From the NCBI GenBank assembly GCA_963729605.1, contig CAVSNY010000004.1, forward strand, positions 224,001-288,000: a stretch of 64,000 bases of DNA. The letters are read 5' to 3'. Every line of letters begins with the position of its first letter. Positions within the stretch are counted from its first letter, which is position 1. Position numbers and translations under genes: made by a program. Under the pieces are notes generated by a model. That model worked only from the letters and a program-made list of their open reading frames with translations. It was not told the origin of the DNA and ran no database searches. Source of the stretch: an uncultured Gammaproteobacteria bacterium. Its GTDB lineage: Bacteria; Pseudomonadota; Gammaproteobacteria; DRLM01. Positions 38,702-48,841 of the stretch are shown here, in pieces.

Positions 38702-39971
38702 ATGTCTTATCGGAAGAGTCTCGAAACAATTCTGGCGGCGGTGCTTGCCGTCTTCTCCACCGGCGCCTGGGGAGACGGTTTCAACGACGTATATGTGATC
38801 GGCGATAGCTTGTCCGACCAGGGCAACTTGTTCAACGCCACGCAGCAGAGCACCGGCAACGGCGTGCCGGCCGACGATCACTATTATCAGGGACGCTTTT
38901 CCAACGGCGAGATTGCCGTGGGCCTGCTGGCGCGGAAACTCGGCGTGCATTTGAAGGCGTCGAGTGAAGGCGGCAACAATTTCGCCTACGGCGGCGCGCG
39001 CACCGACTTACAACGTGGTGGAAGCGGATGTCGTCAAACCCTTTCCGGTGTCTCTGCTGCCGCAGGGCGGCGCCTTTCCCGAGGACGCCTTCCCGTGGAC
39101 CATCAATGGCCAGAGCGCCGTGTTCGCCGCCCGTCCTGTTTCCAACCCCGATGCGCTCTACGTGGTGTTCACGGGTTCGAATGACGTCGCCGATCTGATC
39201 AACATGGTGGCGGCGCACGCGGTGAATCCGGCCTTCCCGGCGGTCGATGTCCATGCCGTGATCGCGAACGTGGTGCAGGATATCGACGCGGCCATCGCCG
39301 CCGCGGTGGCCGCCGGGGCGCGGGACGTGCTGCTGCCCAACGTCCCCAACTTCGGGATCGTGCCCCGCGTCACTCGCTCAGGTCCCGCGGTGGCCGCTCT
39401 CGCGAGTGGCCTGGCGCGGCAATACAACGCGGCCTTCGCCGCCATGCTGGCCGGTTGGACGGGGCGGGTGAACATCATCCCCTTCGATATGTATGCCCTG
39501 TCGTCCGCGGTCGCCGCGCGTCCCGCCGCCTTCGGCTTCAGCAATGCCACGCTACCCTGCTACTCCGGTTTCGTCGCTCCCGGCGGACCCGACGCCACGG
39601 TTTGTCCCACCCCCGCCAGCTACGTGTTCTGGGACGATGAACATCCCACCGCGGCCTTCCATGCCCTGCTGGCGGAACGCCTGTATGCCGCCGTCATGAT
39701 CGATATCTTCGATGACCTCGCCGAGCGCGTGCACGGCGTGCCCGCGCCCAAGGGCGTGACGGCCGCGCTCGCCGCCAAATTGGAGGGCGTCAGACGGCTG
39801 CTGACGGATGCCGGTACCGCCAATGACGCGGGCGCCGTCAACAAGCTTAAAAGTTTCGTCCTCGCGGTGGAGGCTCAGCGGCGCAAAGGCAAGTTGTCCG
39901 CAGCCGAGGCCGCCGTCCTCAGCGAGCGGGCGGAGAAGCTCATCTTTCTAGTGAAGCGGCCGCAGGGTTGA
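38702..39971 (+). pseudogene. Secreted GDSL/SGNH hydrolase, frameshifted at ~39008
   Basis: Signal peptide, GDSLSD, GRFSNG and NFAYGGA in one frame; GSND and FWDDEHP in the next. Removing one T from GACTTACAAC restores T-D-Y-N-V-V. Confidence 0.8.
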
Positions 39972-40050
39972 TGCGCTCGACGATGTCGCCGCGCCGGTGA
40001 GCGCGACGGTTTTCAAATAACCTAAACCGGCGCGCTGCCGCCGCCTGCAT

Positions 40051-40626
40051 TCAGAAGCCCATACGCTGGCCGGCGCCCAGCAGCGTGGCGATGCCGAGTA
40101 TCGCGAAAATGGCCGCCGCGATGCCGTGAACCAAGCGGACGGGCATGCGCCGGGCGATGCGGTCTCCCAGCAGGACGGCCGGTACGTTGGCGATCATCAT
40201 GCCGAGGGTGGTGCCGGCGACCACGTAGAAGAAGGCCTGGTATTGCGCGGCGAGGGCGACGGTCGCGATCTGGGTCTTGTCGCCCATCTCGGCGAGGAAG
40301 AAGGCGACCAAGGTCGTGCCGAAGACACCGAAGCGGGCGAGCTTGGCGTCGCCCTCGTCGAATTTATCGGGAACGAGTATCCACACCGCCATCGCGATGA
40401 AGGACAGGCCGAGTATCCAACGCAAGGTCTCGGGCGCGAGCAAGGACGTGAGCCACGCCCCGAGCGCGCCGGCGAAGGCGTGATTGGCCAGGGTGGCGAC
40501 CAGGATGCCCAATACGATAGGCAGGGGTTTGCGGAATTTGGCCGCGAGGAGGAAGGCGAGGAGTTGGGTCTTGTCGCCGATTTCGGCGAGGGCGACCACG
40601 CCGGTCGAGATGAGGAAGGCTTCCAA
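40051..40626 (-). CDS. TMEM165/GDT1 (UPF0016) family Mn2+/Ca2+ transporter
   Basis: Two E(I/M)GDKTQ motifs; TTG start at 40626 with AAGGAG RBS. Confidence 0.93.
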   Translation of the reverse strand: MEAFLISTGVVALAEIGDKTQLLAFLLAAKFRKPLPIVLGILVATLANHAFAGALGAWLTSLLAPETLRWILGLSFIAMAVWILVPDKFDEGDAKLARFGVFGTTLVAFFLAEMGDKTQIATVALAAQYQAFFYVVAGTTLGMMIANVPAVLLGDRIARRMPVRLVHGIAAAIFAILGIATLLGAGQRMGF

Positions 40627-40695
40627 AATGACTGCTCCTTGGCCGGACACGATCCCATGACCATACGCCTCCCCGGCCAAATCCGGAGGCGGTAT

Positions 40696-40805
40696 GGTCA
40701 AAGGTCTTGCCAAGCAAAGGCACCGCTTGCGCCATGACCGTGAGGTCAAGTGTGTTGACGCAAGCCCCTTCCGCGCGGTGCGAAGGGCGGCTACTCCCCA
40801 ATGAC
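40696..40805 (-). promoter_or_regulatory. yybP-ykoY (Mn2+-sensing) riboswitch
   Basis: Minus strand GTCATTGGGGAGTAG...CGTCAACACACTT...GGCAAGACCTTTGACC upstream of a GDT1 gene; followed by an alternative hairpin GACCATACCGCCTCC/GGAGGCGTATGGTC. Confidence 0.88.
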
Positions 40806-40978
40806 GGGCGGGATTTTACGCAGCCGGGCTTCCCGCGTCCATCGAAAATTTTCGTTAAGCGGGACCGCCGACGCCGAAGCCGTCCAGGCCAATGCCACAA
40901 CATTATTTATTCTCCGTGTCCTCCGGGATCGATATCCGCATTTTTCAGGATCGATGACGCCGGCCCGTAGCGGAAAGC

Positions 40979-41296
40979 TCAGCGCGGCTGGAAGGCGATG
41001 ATGCCCATGCCGATCAAGGCGACGCCGGCGCCGACCACGTCCCAGGTCGTCGGCCGGATGCCGTCCACCGCCCACAGCCAAACCAGCGCCGCGCCGATGT
41101 AGACGCCGCCGTAAGCGGCATACACCCGGCCCGCCGGGTGGTCGTGCAAGGTCAACAGCCAGGCGAACAGCGCGAGGCTGGCCGCCGCCGGCAGCAATAG
41201 CCAGACCGAGCCTTGGCGCTGCAACCACAGATAGGGAAGGTAGCAGCCGACGATCTCGGCGAGGGCCGTCGCGAGGTAGAGCAAAAGGGTTTTCAT
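40979..41296 (-). CDS. ynfA: YnfA (UPF0060) small membrane protein
   Basis: [39 protein letters not shown]. Confidence 0.93.
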   Translation of the reverse strand: MKTLLLYLATALAEIVGCYLPYLWLQRQGSVWLLLPAAASLALFAWLLTLHDHPAGRVYAAYGGVYIGAALVWLWAVDGIRPTTWDVVGAGVALIGMGIIAFQPR

Positions 41297-41323
41297 GCCG
41301 TGTTAACGCGGCCGCGCCGCGAG

Positions 41324-43033
41324 TTAACGCGCATCATCTTCGACCGCCGCGCCCATGCGGGCCAGCACATGGCGGGTCATGCCCTGCGCCAATTCGTGTT
41401 CGCCGAGGAAGACTTTGCCGACGTTTTCCTTTTGCAACAGTTGCGCCTCTTCTTCGCTGTGGGTGCGCAAAACCGTTTCAATGGCTGGATTGAGGGTGCG
41501 GGCGATCTCCACCATCTTGCGGACATGAAAGGTGTCCGGCGTGGCGATGACCAGCATGCCGGCCCGCGCGATATGGGCCTGGATCAACACCGCGGGATCC
41601 GATGCATCGCCCGAGACGGCCGGGATGTTGCGGGCGCGCAATTTTTCCACTATCTCGCGGTTCTGCTCGGCGACGACATACGGAATATGTCTCGCGGTGA
41701 GCGCCTCGGCGATGCGGCGGCCGACCCGCCCGTAACCCACCAGCACCACTTGGCCGGTCAGTTGAGACTGATCGACCGACATCGGCAATTCAGCGAGCGG
41801 ATCGGTTTTTTGCTCGAGTTTCCGCGCGAGGCCGGAGCGGGTGCGGACCCAGGCCTGCGCCGGCTCGATGGCCGCGAAGACCAGCGAATTGAGCGCGATG
41901 GAAATCAAGGCGCCGGCGAGGATCAGGCTTTGCCCTTCGAGCGGCAGCAGATCCAGCGCGACGCCGAGTCCGGCCAGGATGAAGGAGAACTCGCCGATCT
42001 GGGCCAGGCTCGCCCCGACCGTGAGCGCGGTGTTGAGCGGATAACGGAAGGCCAGCACCAGGGCGACGGCGGCGAGGGTCTTGCCGACCATGATGATGGC
42101 GACCACCGCCAGCACTTTGAGCGGTTCATCGACCAGCACCATGGGGTCGAACAACATGCCGACCGAGACGAAGAACAACACCGAGAAGGCATCGCGGAGC
42201 GGCAGGGATTCGTCGGCGGCGCGGTGGCTGAATTCCGACTCGCGCATCATCATGCCGGCGAAAAAGGCGCCCAGCGCGAAGGACACATCGAACAATACCG
42301 CCGAACCGTAGGCGACCCCGACCGCCGCCGCGATCACGCACAGCGTGAACAGCTCGCGCGAACCGCTGCGCGCCACCAGCCAGAGTATGTGGGGAAACAC
42401 CCGGCGTCCCACCACCAGCATCAAGGCGATGAAGGCCGCGACCTTGGCCAGGGTGAATCCCAGCGTCGTCCACAGATTGCCGGCATCGGCCGCATCCGGC
42501 TTGCCGCCCAGCAGCGCGGCGAGGGGCGGCAGCAACACCAGCGCCAGGACCATCACCAGATCTTCGACGATCAGCCAGCCCACCGCGATGCGGCCGTTGA
42601 CCGATTCCAATACGCCGCGGGCCTCGAGCGCGCGCAGCAGCACCACCGTGCTGGCGACCGACAAGGCGAGGCCGAACACCAGCGCCGCGCCCAGGTTCCA
42701 GCCCCAGAAGTGAGCGGTCACCATGCCCAGCGCGGTGGCCACCGCGATCTGCACGATGGCGCCGGGGATGGCGATGCGGCGGACGGCGAGCAAGTCGTTC
42801 AAGGAAAAATGCAGCCCCACGCCGAACATCAGCAGCATCACCCCGATCTCGGCGAGCTGCACGGCGAGTTCCATATCGGCGACATAACCGGGTGTGGCAG
42901 GGCCGATCATGATGCCCGCCAGCAGATAGCCGACCAGCGGCGGCATCTTCAAACGCGACGCAAGGTAGCCAAAAATCATCGCCAACCCCAGCCCGGCTGC
43001 AATGGTGGTGATCAGGTTGATGTCGTGAGGCAT
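41324..43033 (-). CDS. ybaL: YbaL/RosB-like CPA2 cation:proton antiporter with TrkA-N domain
   Basis: LVGYLLAG, ASTVVLL, GWLIVEDL, SLAQIGEFSFIL, VGYGRVG. Confidence 0.9.
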   Translation of the reverse strand: MPHDINLITTIAAGLGLAMIFGYLASRLKMPPLVGYLLAGIMIGPATPGYVADMELAVQLAEIGVMLLMFGVGLHFSLNDLLAVRRIAIPGAIVQIAVATALGMVTAHFWGWNLGAALVFGLALSVASTVVLLRALEARGVLESVNGRIAVGWLIVEDLVMVLALVLLPPLAALLGGKPDAADAGNLWTTLGFTLAKVAAFIALMLVVGRRVFPHILWLVARSGSRELFTLCVIAAAVGVAYGSAVLFDVSFALGAFFAGMMMRESEFSHRAADESLPLRDAFSVLFFVSVGMLFDPMVLVDEPLKVLAVVAIIMVGKTLAAVALVLAFRYPLNTALTVGASLAQIGEFSFILAGLGVALDLLPLEGQSLILAGALISIALNSLVFAAIEPAQAWVRTRSGLARKLEQKTDPLAELPMSVDQSQLTGQVVLVGYGRVGRRIAEALTARHIPYVVAEQNREIVEKLRARNIPAVSGDASDPAVLIQAHIARAGMLVIATPDTFHVRKMVEIARTLNPAIETVLRTHSEEEAQLLQKENVGKVFLGEHELAQGMTRHVLARMGAAVEDDAR

Positions 43034-43500
43034 TACTTCTCTTCCTTCCTGGCGGGTTTCGGCCGCGTCGCTTGGCCGGGACGTCCTGATCGGCGGCCGA
43101 TGCGGCGGCGTCCCCGCGATTTATCTATGTGAATTGAGGTTTGACTAAGCGGCAGATCGCCGGCGGTGGCCGGGACTGCCGTGAGGATTTTATAGACCGA
43201 CCGCGATTTAGGACAGCGCCGACCGCGGCAGGGTCAGCGGGATATGGTAACCCGGTTGTCCCGGTCTGGCGATGAGTTACTGAAACCCCGTTACCGAAGC
43301 CGCCTTCATTTTGCCTTGTGCGTTCTAACAAGAAGGTGGGCCGGGGCCGGGCGAGTGAGAAAGCATTTTCAGCACACTCCAGTGCATGGGCGGCGTGGGG
43401 AGTGAGGAAATCGCGCGGCGTACCTCTGGCCTCAGGCCCGGGTTTGCGTGATGCGTCGGCCCGCCGATGCGGCCTGTGATGCCAGGGCTCTAATACATCA

Positions 43501-43543
43501 TGCTCTGAAAATTCCAGGATGGAATTATTCAGAGCTTCCTTAA
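43501..43543 (+). repeat. MITE family A right-end fragment plus TTAA
   Basis: TGCTCTGAAAATTCCAGGATGGAATTATTCAGAGCTTCC-TTAA, near-identical to 7102-7144. Confidence 0.75.
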
Positions 43544-43590
43544 TAAATACATGGGCGTAAACGGGGCTGCGATCGCCCCGGCGGCGCTGG

Positions 43591-43617
43591 CTAAGCTTCT
43601 CGATGCGGGGCCGATAA
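43591..43617 (+). promoter_or_regulatory. Sigma-28 (FliA)-type promoter
   Basis: CTAAG-N14-GCCGATAA with perfect -10; ~430 nt upstream of the hybrid kinase. Confidence 0.6.
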
Positions 43618-44050
43618 TATTGCAGCGGCATCAGCGGCGCAGGGAAGCCTCGGGGGTTTTCCCGCCCCGTCCCGGCTTGGGGCGGCAGCGCTGGCGATGA
43701 AGCGCAGGGATATGGTTATCACCTCCCGTGGAGTTTGTAATACGGATGTTTGTATTCGCCGACCGGCCCATGCCTCTTTTCATTATTATTTCGCTATCGG
43801 AAATAATGCAGCCGTGGTTGCGCGCCTCGATCAGGGCCCGCGGCAATCCAAGTCGGACCTCGACGACTCTCCGCCTTGCGCGTTTTCCTTCTCGCGCCCT
43901 GTCCGTCTTCGCCCCCAGGTTTACCTCGCCGCCGCCGTGCTCGATCGGCCGGTGGGCGGTGGATGAACCGAGCCACGTCAGTACCTCGGCGCGGATACCG
44001 GTTGCAGCGGTCGCAATGTTTCAACGGCATAGGCGGCGCGGAGTGGGGAT

Positions 44051-47000
44051 TTGAACGCGGCGGTTAATTACTTAGGCAAGGTCGCGTTGTTCGCCGCGGC
44101 TTATTATCTCACCGGCCGCTTGGGGTTGTTATTGGCCGTGCCGCCGGGTTACGCCACGGCGATGTGGCCGCCCTCCGGGTTTGCCTTGGCGGGATTATTG
44201 TTGCTCGGTTATCGCTACTGGCCCGCGGTGTTGCTGGGTTCGTTCGGCGTCAATCTATTCACTTCATTCGATCCCAGCAATAACGAGACGATGCTTTTTT
44301 CGAGCATCATCGCGGTGATCATCGGCGCCGGTGCCGCCCTGCAAGGGGTGGTCGGCGCCTGGCTGGTGCGGCGTTTCGTCGCACTGCCCAATTCGCTGGA
44401 GCAATTGCGCGATATCAGTCTGCTGCTGTTGTTCGGCGGGCCGGTGAGCTGTCTGATCAATTCCCTGATCGGCGCCGGCACGCTGACCTACTTCGGCAAG
44501 ATCGGGTTCGAGCTGATGCCGTTCACGTGGTTGACCTGGTGGACGGGCGACGTGATCGGGGTGCTGGTGTTCACGCCGATCTTACTTTTATTGTTTGGAC
44601 CGCGCGGTTTGGTGAGTGTCCAACGCAAGGCGGTGATCAGCGCCGTGTTGTTTTTGATTTTCTCCATCGCGGTCGCCATATTTTTCGACGCGCGGGATCG
44701 GGAGCACCAACGTCAGCTCAACGAGATCGAGCAGGTATACGATCGCGCGGCGGCCAATCTGCAGGGCGTGATGGCTCAATATGCCGACATTCTGCATGAC
44801 ACGGCCAGTCTGTTTAAAATTTCCCGGCCGATTTCGCGGGAGGATTTTAAAAAATTCACCGATGATATCCTGACCCGTTATCCCGGCATCCGGTTGTCCT
44901 GGAGCAAACGGGTCGCGGATTCGGAACGCGCCGCTTATGAAACGGCGCAGCGCGCCGAAGGATTCACCGATTTTTTCATTCGCGAGCGCGACGAGAACAA
45001 TCGATTCGTTCGCGCTCGACGGCGCGCCGAATATTTTCCGGTGACATATATCGAGCCTTATCATCCCCAGGTGCACGGCTACGATAATAATTCGGAGGCA
45101 CAGCGCAAACGCGCGCTCGAAGCCGCCCGCGACAGCGGCGAGCTGAGGGTCACCGGCAGAATCAATATTATCCAAAAGGACCAAGACAAATTCGGATTGC
45201 TGTATTTCATGCCTTTATATCAGGGCTCGCCGCCTGCCACGCTGGAGGAGCGTCGCCGCCGCCTCGACGGCTACGTCGCCGGCGCCGTGATCATCCCCGA
45301 GATCATCACCGTGAATTTCGCCGAATTTTCTAAGCGACAGATCAGCTTCGTCATATACGACGATGACGCGCCGGCGGAGGCGCGGCTGTTGTATGACTCC
45401 CGCACCCCCGACCATAGAGCAGACCTCGCTTTGACCAAGGCCAAGGCCAAGAGCCAGGGACAGGATCAACGTTGGAGTAAACAAATCACCGTCGGCGGCC
45501 GTCATTGGACCGTGGAGTATTTCCGCAGTCAGACCGCCACGGCCGCCGATCAGAACTGGACGGTTTGGTTGACCCTGGTGGGCGGTCTGTTGTTTACCGG
45601 TTTCTTCGGCGTGTTCGTGTTGGTCTTCACCGCGCAAACCGATGTGGTGAAACGATTGGTGGATGAAAAAACTGCCTTGTTGCGGCGCAGCGAAGAGCGG
45701 TTCCGCCTGCTGGTGGAGGCGGCGCTCGATTACGCCATCGTCATGCTCGATCCCGACGGTAAAGTCGTCAGTTGGAATGCCGGCGCGCAGAAAATCACCG
45801 GTTATCGCGCCGACGAAATTCTCGGCCGGAATTTTTCCGTGTTTTATCCGCCGCAACTGGTGGCGCAGGGTTGGCTCGAATATGAACTGGCGCAGACGCG
45901 GGACAACGGCCGCTTTGAAGATGTCGGCTGGCGGGTGCGCAAGGATGGCACGTTGTTCTGGGCTGATGTGGTGATCGCGGCCTTATACGACGAAAACGGC
46001 GCGCTTTATGGTTACTCCAAAATTACCCGCGATCTCAGCGAGACCTGGCAGCAGGAAGAAAAACTCCGCGAATACACCGCGCTGCAACGCGCCATACTCG
46101 ACAGCGCCGGTTATTCGATCATCGCGACCCTGCCGGACGGCACGATCACCTTATTCAATCCCGCCGCCGAGGCGATGCTGGGTTACCGCGCCGACGAGGT
46201 GATCGGCCGTATGACGCCGGCGCTGATCCATGACGCGCAGGAAGTGGCGGCGCGCGCTCAAACCCTGGCGATGGAACTCGATGAGCCGATCGAACCCGGT
46301 TTCGAGGTCTTCGTCGCCAAGGCCCGCCGCGGCGGTTCGGATGCCAATGAGTGGACTTATATCCGCAAGGACGGCAGCCGCTTTCCGGTGTTGTTGACCG
46401 TCACCGTCTTGCGCGGGGATAACGGGCAAATTTTCGGTTTTCTGGGCATCGCCGCCGACCTGACTGATAACAAATTGGCCGAGGACCGTTTTCGCAGCGC
46501 GGTGGAGACCGCGCCGGCCGCCATCATGATTTTCGATCATGGCGGCCGGATCAGCATGGCCAACGACGAAGCGAACCGCGTCTTCGGCTATCGGCGCGGT
46601 GAGATGCTCGGTTTGCAGGCCGAGGACTTGTTGCCGGAAACGGCGCGGGCCGGCCACGTAGTATACCGGGAAAAATTTCAGCGCGACCCGCAAGCCCGCC
46701 GCATGGGGGTCGGACGGGAATTATACGCCTTGAGAAAAACCGGCGAACAGTTTGCGGTGGAGGTCGGACTCAGTCTGATTGAAACCCCGCAAGGCGCCAA
46801 TATCATGGCCATGGTGTTCGATATCACCGAGCGTAAGCAGTACCAACTGCAACTTGAACAGGCCAAGGCGGCCGCGGAAAACGCCGCGCGCGCCAAGGCG
46901 GAATTTTTGGCCAATATGAGCCACGAAATCCGCACCCCGATGAACGGCATTCTGGGCATGACCGCCCTGGTATTGAACACCGCTTTGACGCCCCAGCAGC

Positions 47001-48841
47001 GGGAATATCTCACGCTGGTGCAGGATTCGGCCGACTCCTTGCTATATCTGCTCAACGACATTTTGGATTTCTCGAAAATGGAAGCCGGCAAACTCAAATT
47101 GGCGCCGCTGGATTTTGATTTGCGGGAGAAACTGGCGATCACCTTGAGCCGTATCGCGCCCAGCGCCGGCCAGAAGGGCCTCGAACTGATTTTCCATGTC
47201 GCCGACGACGTGCCGCGTTTGATCTACGGCGATCCGGATCGCCTGATGCAGATCGTCATTAATCTGGTCGGCAACGCCATCAAATTCACCGAGCGGGGCG
47301 AGGTGGTGGTCAACGTCGACAACCGGCGTCACGACGACGGCATCGAGCTTTATTTCAGCGTGCGCGACACCGGCATCGGCATTTCCGCCGCGGTGCGCGC
47401 CCGCATCTTCGAGGCCTTTGCCCAAGCCGACACCTCGACGACGCGCCGCTACGGCGGTACCGGTCTCGGCCTGAGTATTTGCAAACAGATCGTCGATCTG
47501 ATGGACGGCCGCATCTGGTTGGAGAGCGAGGAGGAGAAAGGCAGCACCTTTCACTTTACCTTCCGCTTCGAAACCGCGACGCAAAGCGAAATCCCGCCCC
47601 CGGCGGACGATGACGACGTTTTGCACGATCAACCGGTATTGGTGGTCGATGACAATGCCGCCAATCTTGCATTGGTGGGAGGGATGCTCGCGGCGTGGCG
47701 GATGCGCCCCAGCTTACATAGCGACGGGACGGCGGCCCTCGCGGAGGCGGCGCGCGCGGAAGCGGCCGGTGAGGGCTATGCCTTGATCGTGCTCGATCAG
47801 CACATGCCCGGCTTGGACGGTTTGACGATCGCCGATCGGTTGCGGCGGCGGCACGGCGCGGGACTGCCGGTCATATTGATGTTGTCCGCCGGCGATTCGG
47901 CCGACAGCGTGGAATATTGCCGGCAAAACGGGATCGACGTTTATTTGCGCAAACCGATTCGACGGTCGGAGTTGTTGACGGCCGTCCGCACCGCGCTGAG
48001 CGGCGGGACCACCGCTCATGCCGCCGCGCCGGCGATGGACGTCGCGCCGGCCGCGGCGGGCCGAGCCTTGAACATCCTGTTGGCCGAGGACCATCCGGTC
48101 AATCAGAAACTGGCGCTGGCCGTGTTGTCCCAGGGCGGACACCGCGTCAAACTGGCGGAGAACGGGCGGCAGGCGATCGAGCTTTATCAAAAAGAGGCGT
48201 TCGATTTGATATTGATGGACGTGCAGATGCCGGAAATGGACGGCGAAGAGGCCACCCTGGCGATACGCGAACTCGAACGCGGCACGGGCCGGCATGTCCG
48301 TATCGTGGCGTTGACGGCGCATGCCCTGGTCGAGGATCAGCAGCGGCTTTTGCAGGCGGGTATGGACGGTTATCTTTCCAAGCCATTTCGTCCCGCGCAA
48401 TTATTGGCGGTGGTGTCCAATGCGTCGGAGGCCGTCGACCCGCCGATTTTATCGACCCGGCCCTCCGGCTTATTGTCCGCGCCTCCGGCCAAATTCGGAC
48501 TCTGCTTTAATCTCGACGCGGCCTTGGAGCGCTCCATGCACCAAATAAATTTTCTGAAAAAGCTGGCGGCGGTTTTCATAAGCAGCGTGCCGCCGATGCG
48601 CGAGCAAATGCATGCCGCGCTCAAGGCGCGGGACGCCACCGCCCTTGCCAGGACGGCGCATGCCTTGAAAGGTTCGGTGGGCAACTTCATGGCCGCTGAT
48701 TGTTTCGAGGCGGCTAAACAAGTGGAGGCCGCGGGCCGCGCGGGCGATCTCGGCGCCGCGCGATCTTCGCTGGAGCGTTTGGACCTGGAAATCGATAGAC
48801 TGGTCGCCGACCTGCAGACTCTGGGATTGGAGCAGACGTGA
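44051..48841 (+). CDS. Hybrid sensor kinase MASE1-CHASE-3xPAS-HisKA-HATPase-REC-REC-HPt
   Basis: MWPPSG/WWTGD (MASE1), YFPVTYIEP (CHASE), PAS/PACs, FLANMSHEIRTPMN, GGTGLGL, two REC domains, AHALKGS (HPt). Confidence 0.95.
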   Translation: MNAAVNYLGKVALFAAAYYLTGRLGLLLAVPPGYATAMWPPSGFALAGLLLLGYRYWPAVLLGSFGVNLFTSFDPSNNETMLFSSIIAVIIGAGAALQGVVGAWLVRRFVALPNSLEQLRDISLLLLFGGPVSCLINSLIGAGTLTYFGKIGFELMPFTWLTWWTGDVIGVLVFTPILLLLFGPRGLVSVQRKAVISAVLFLIFSIAVAIFFDARDREHQRQLNEIEQVYDRAAANLQGVMAQYADILHDTASLFKISRPISREDFKKFTDDILTRYPGIRLSWSKRVADSERAAYETAQRAEGFTDFFIRERDENNRFVRARRRAEYFPVTYIEPYHPQVHGYDNNSEAQRKRALEAARDSGELRVTGRINIIQKDQDKFGLLYFMPLYQGSPPATLEERRRRLDGYVAGAVIIPEIITVNFAEFSKRQISFVIYDDDAPAEARLLYDSRTPDHRADLALTKAKAKSQGQDQRWSKQITVGGRHWTVEYFRSQTATAADQNWTVWLTLVGGLLFTGFFGVFVLVFTAQTDVVKRLVDEKTALLRRSEERFRLLVEAALDYAIVMLDPDGKVVSWNAGAQKITGYRADEILGRNFSVFYPPQLVAQGWLEYELAQTRDNGRFEDVGWRVRKDGTLFWADVVIAALYDENGALYGYSKITRDLSETWQQEEKLREYTALQRAILDSAGYSIIATLPDGTITLFNPAAEAMLGYRADEVIGRMTPALIHDAQEVAARAQTLAMELDEPIEPGFEVFVAKARRGGSDANEWTYIRKDGSRFPVLLTVTVLRGDNGQIFGFLGIAADLTDNKLAEDRFRSAVETAPAAIMIFDHGGRISMANDEANRVFGYRRGEMLGLQAEDLLPETARAGHVVYREKFQRDPQARRMGVGRELYALRKTGEQFAVEVGLSLIETPQGANIMAMVFDITERKQYQLQLEQAKAAAENAARAKAEFLANMSHEIRTPMNGILGMTALVLNTALTPQQREYLTLVQDSADSLLYLLNDILDFSKMEAGKLKLAPLDFDLREKLAITLSRIAPSAGQKGLELIFHVADDVPRLIYGDPDRLMQIVINLVGNAIKFTERGEVVVNVDNRRHDDGIELYFSVRDTGIGISAAVRARIFEAFAQADTSTTRRYGGTGLGLSICKQIVDLMDGRIWLESEEEKGSTFHFTFRFETATQSEIPPPADDDDVLHDQPVLVVDDNAANLALVGGMLAAWRMRPSLHSDGTAALAEAARAEAAGEGYALIVLDQHMPGLDGLTIADRLRRRHGAGLPVILMLSAGDSADSVEYCRQNGIDVYLRKPIRRSELLTAVRTALSGGTTAHAAAPAMDVAPAAAGRALNILLAEDHPVNQKLALAVLSQGGHRVKLAENGRQAIELYQKEAFDLILMDVQMPEMDGEEATLAIRELERGTGRHVRIVALTAHALVEDQQRLLQAGMDGYLSKPFRPAQLLAVVSNASEAVDPPILSTRPSGLLSAPPAKFGLCFNLDAALERSMHQINFLKKLAAVFISSVPPMREQMHAALKARDATALARTAHALKGSVGNFMAADCFEAAKQVEAAGRAGDLGAARSSLERLDLEIDRLVADLQTLGLEQT

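Noticed and set aside
41213-43132. 639-aa plus-strand ORF, and similar long antisense ORFs (e.g. 16635-17711, 25780-26898, 27021-27938, 37301-38293, 48370-49560)
   Set aside because: Antisense shadows of well-supported genes in GC-rich DNA, with no recognisable motifs
43125-43500. Long intergenic region with ORF 43125-43631; possible ncRNA
   Set aside because: ORF runs through the MITE fragment and has no motifs; no recognisable RNA family
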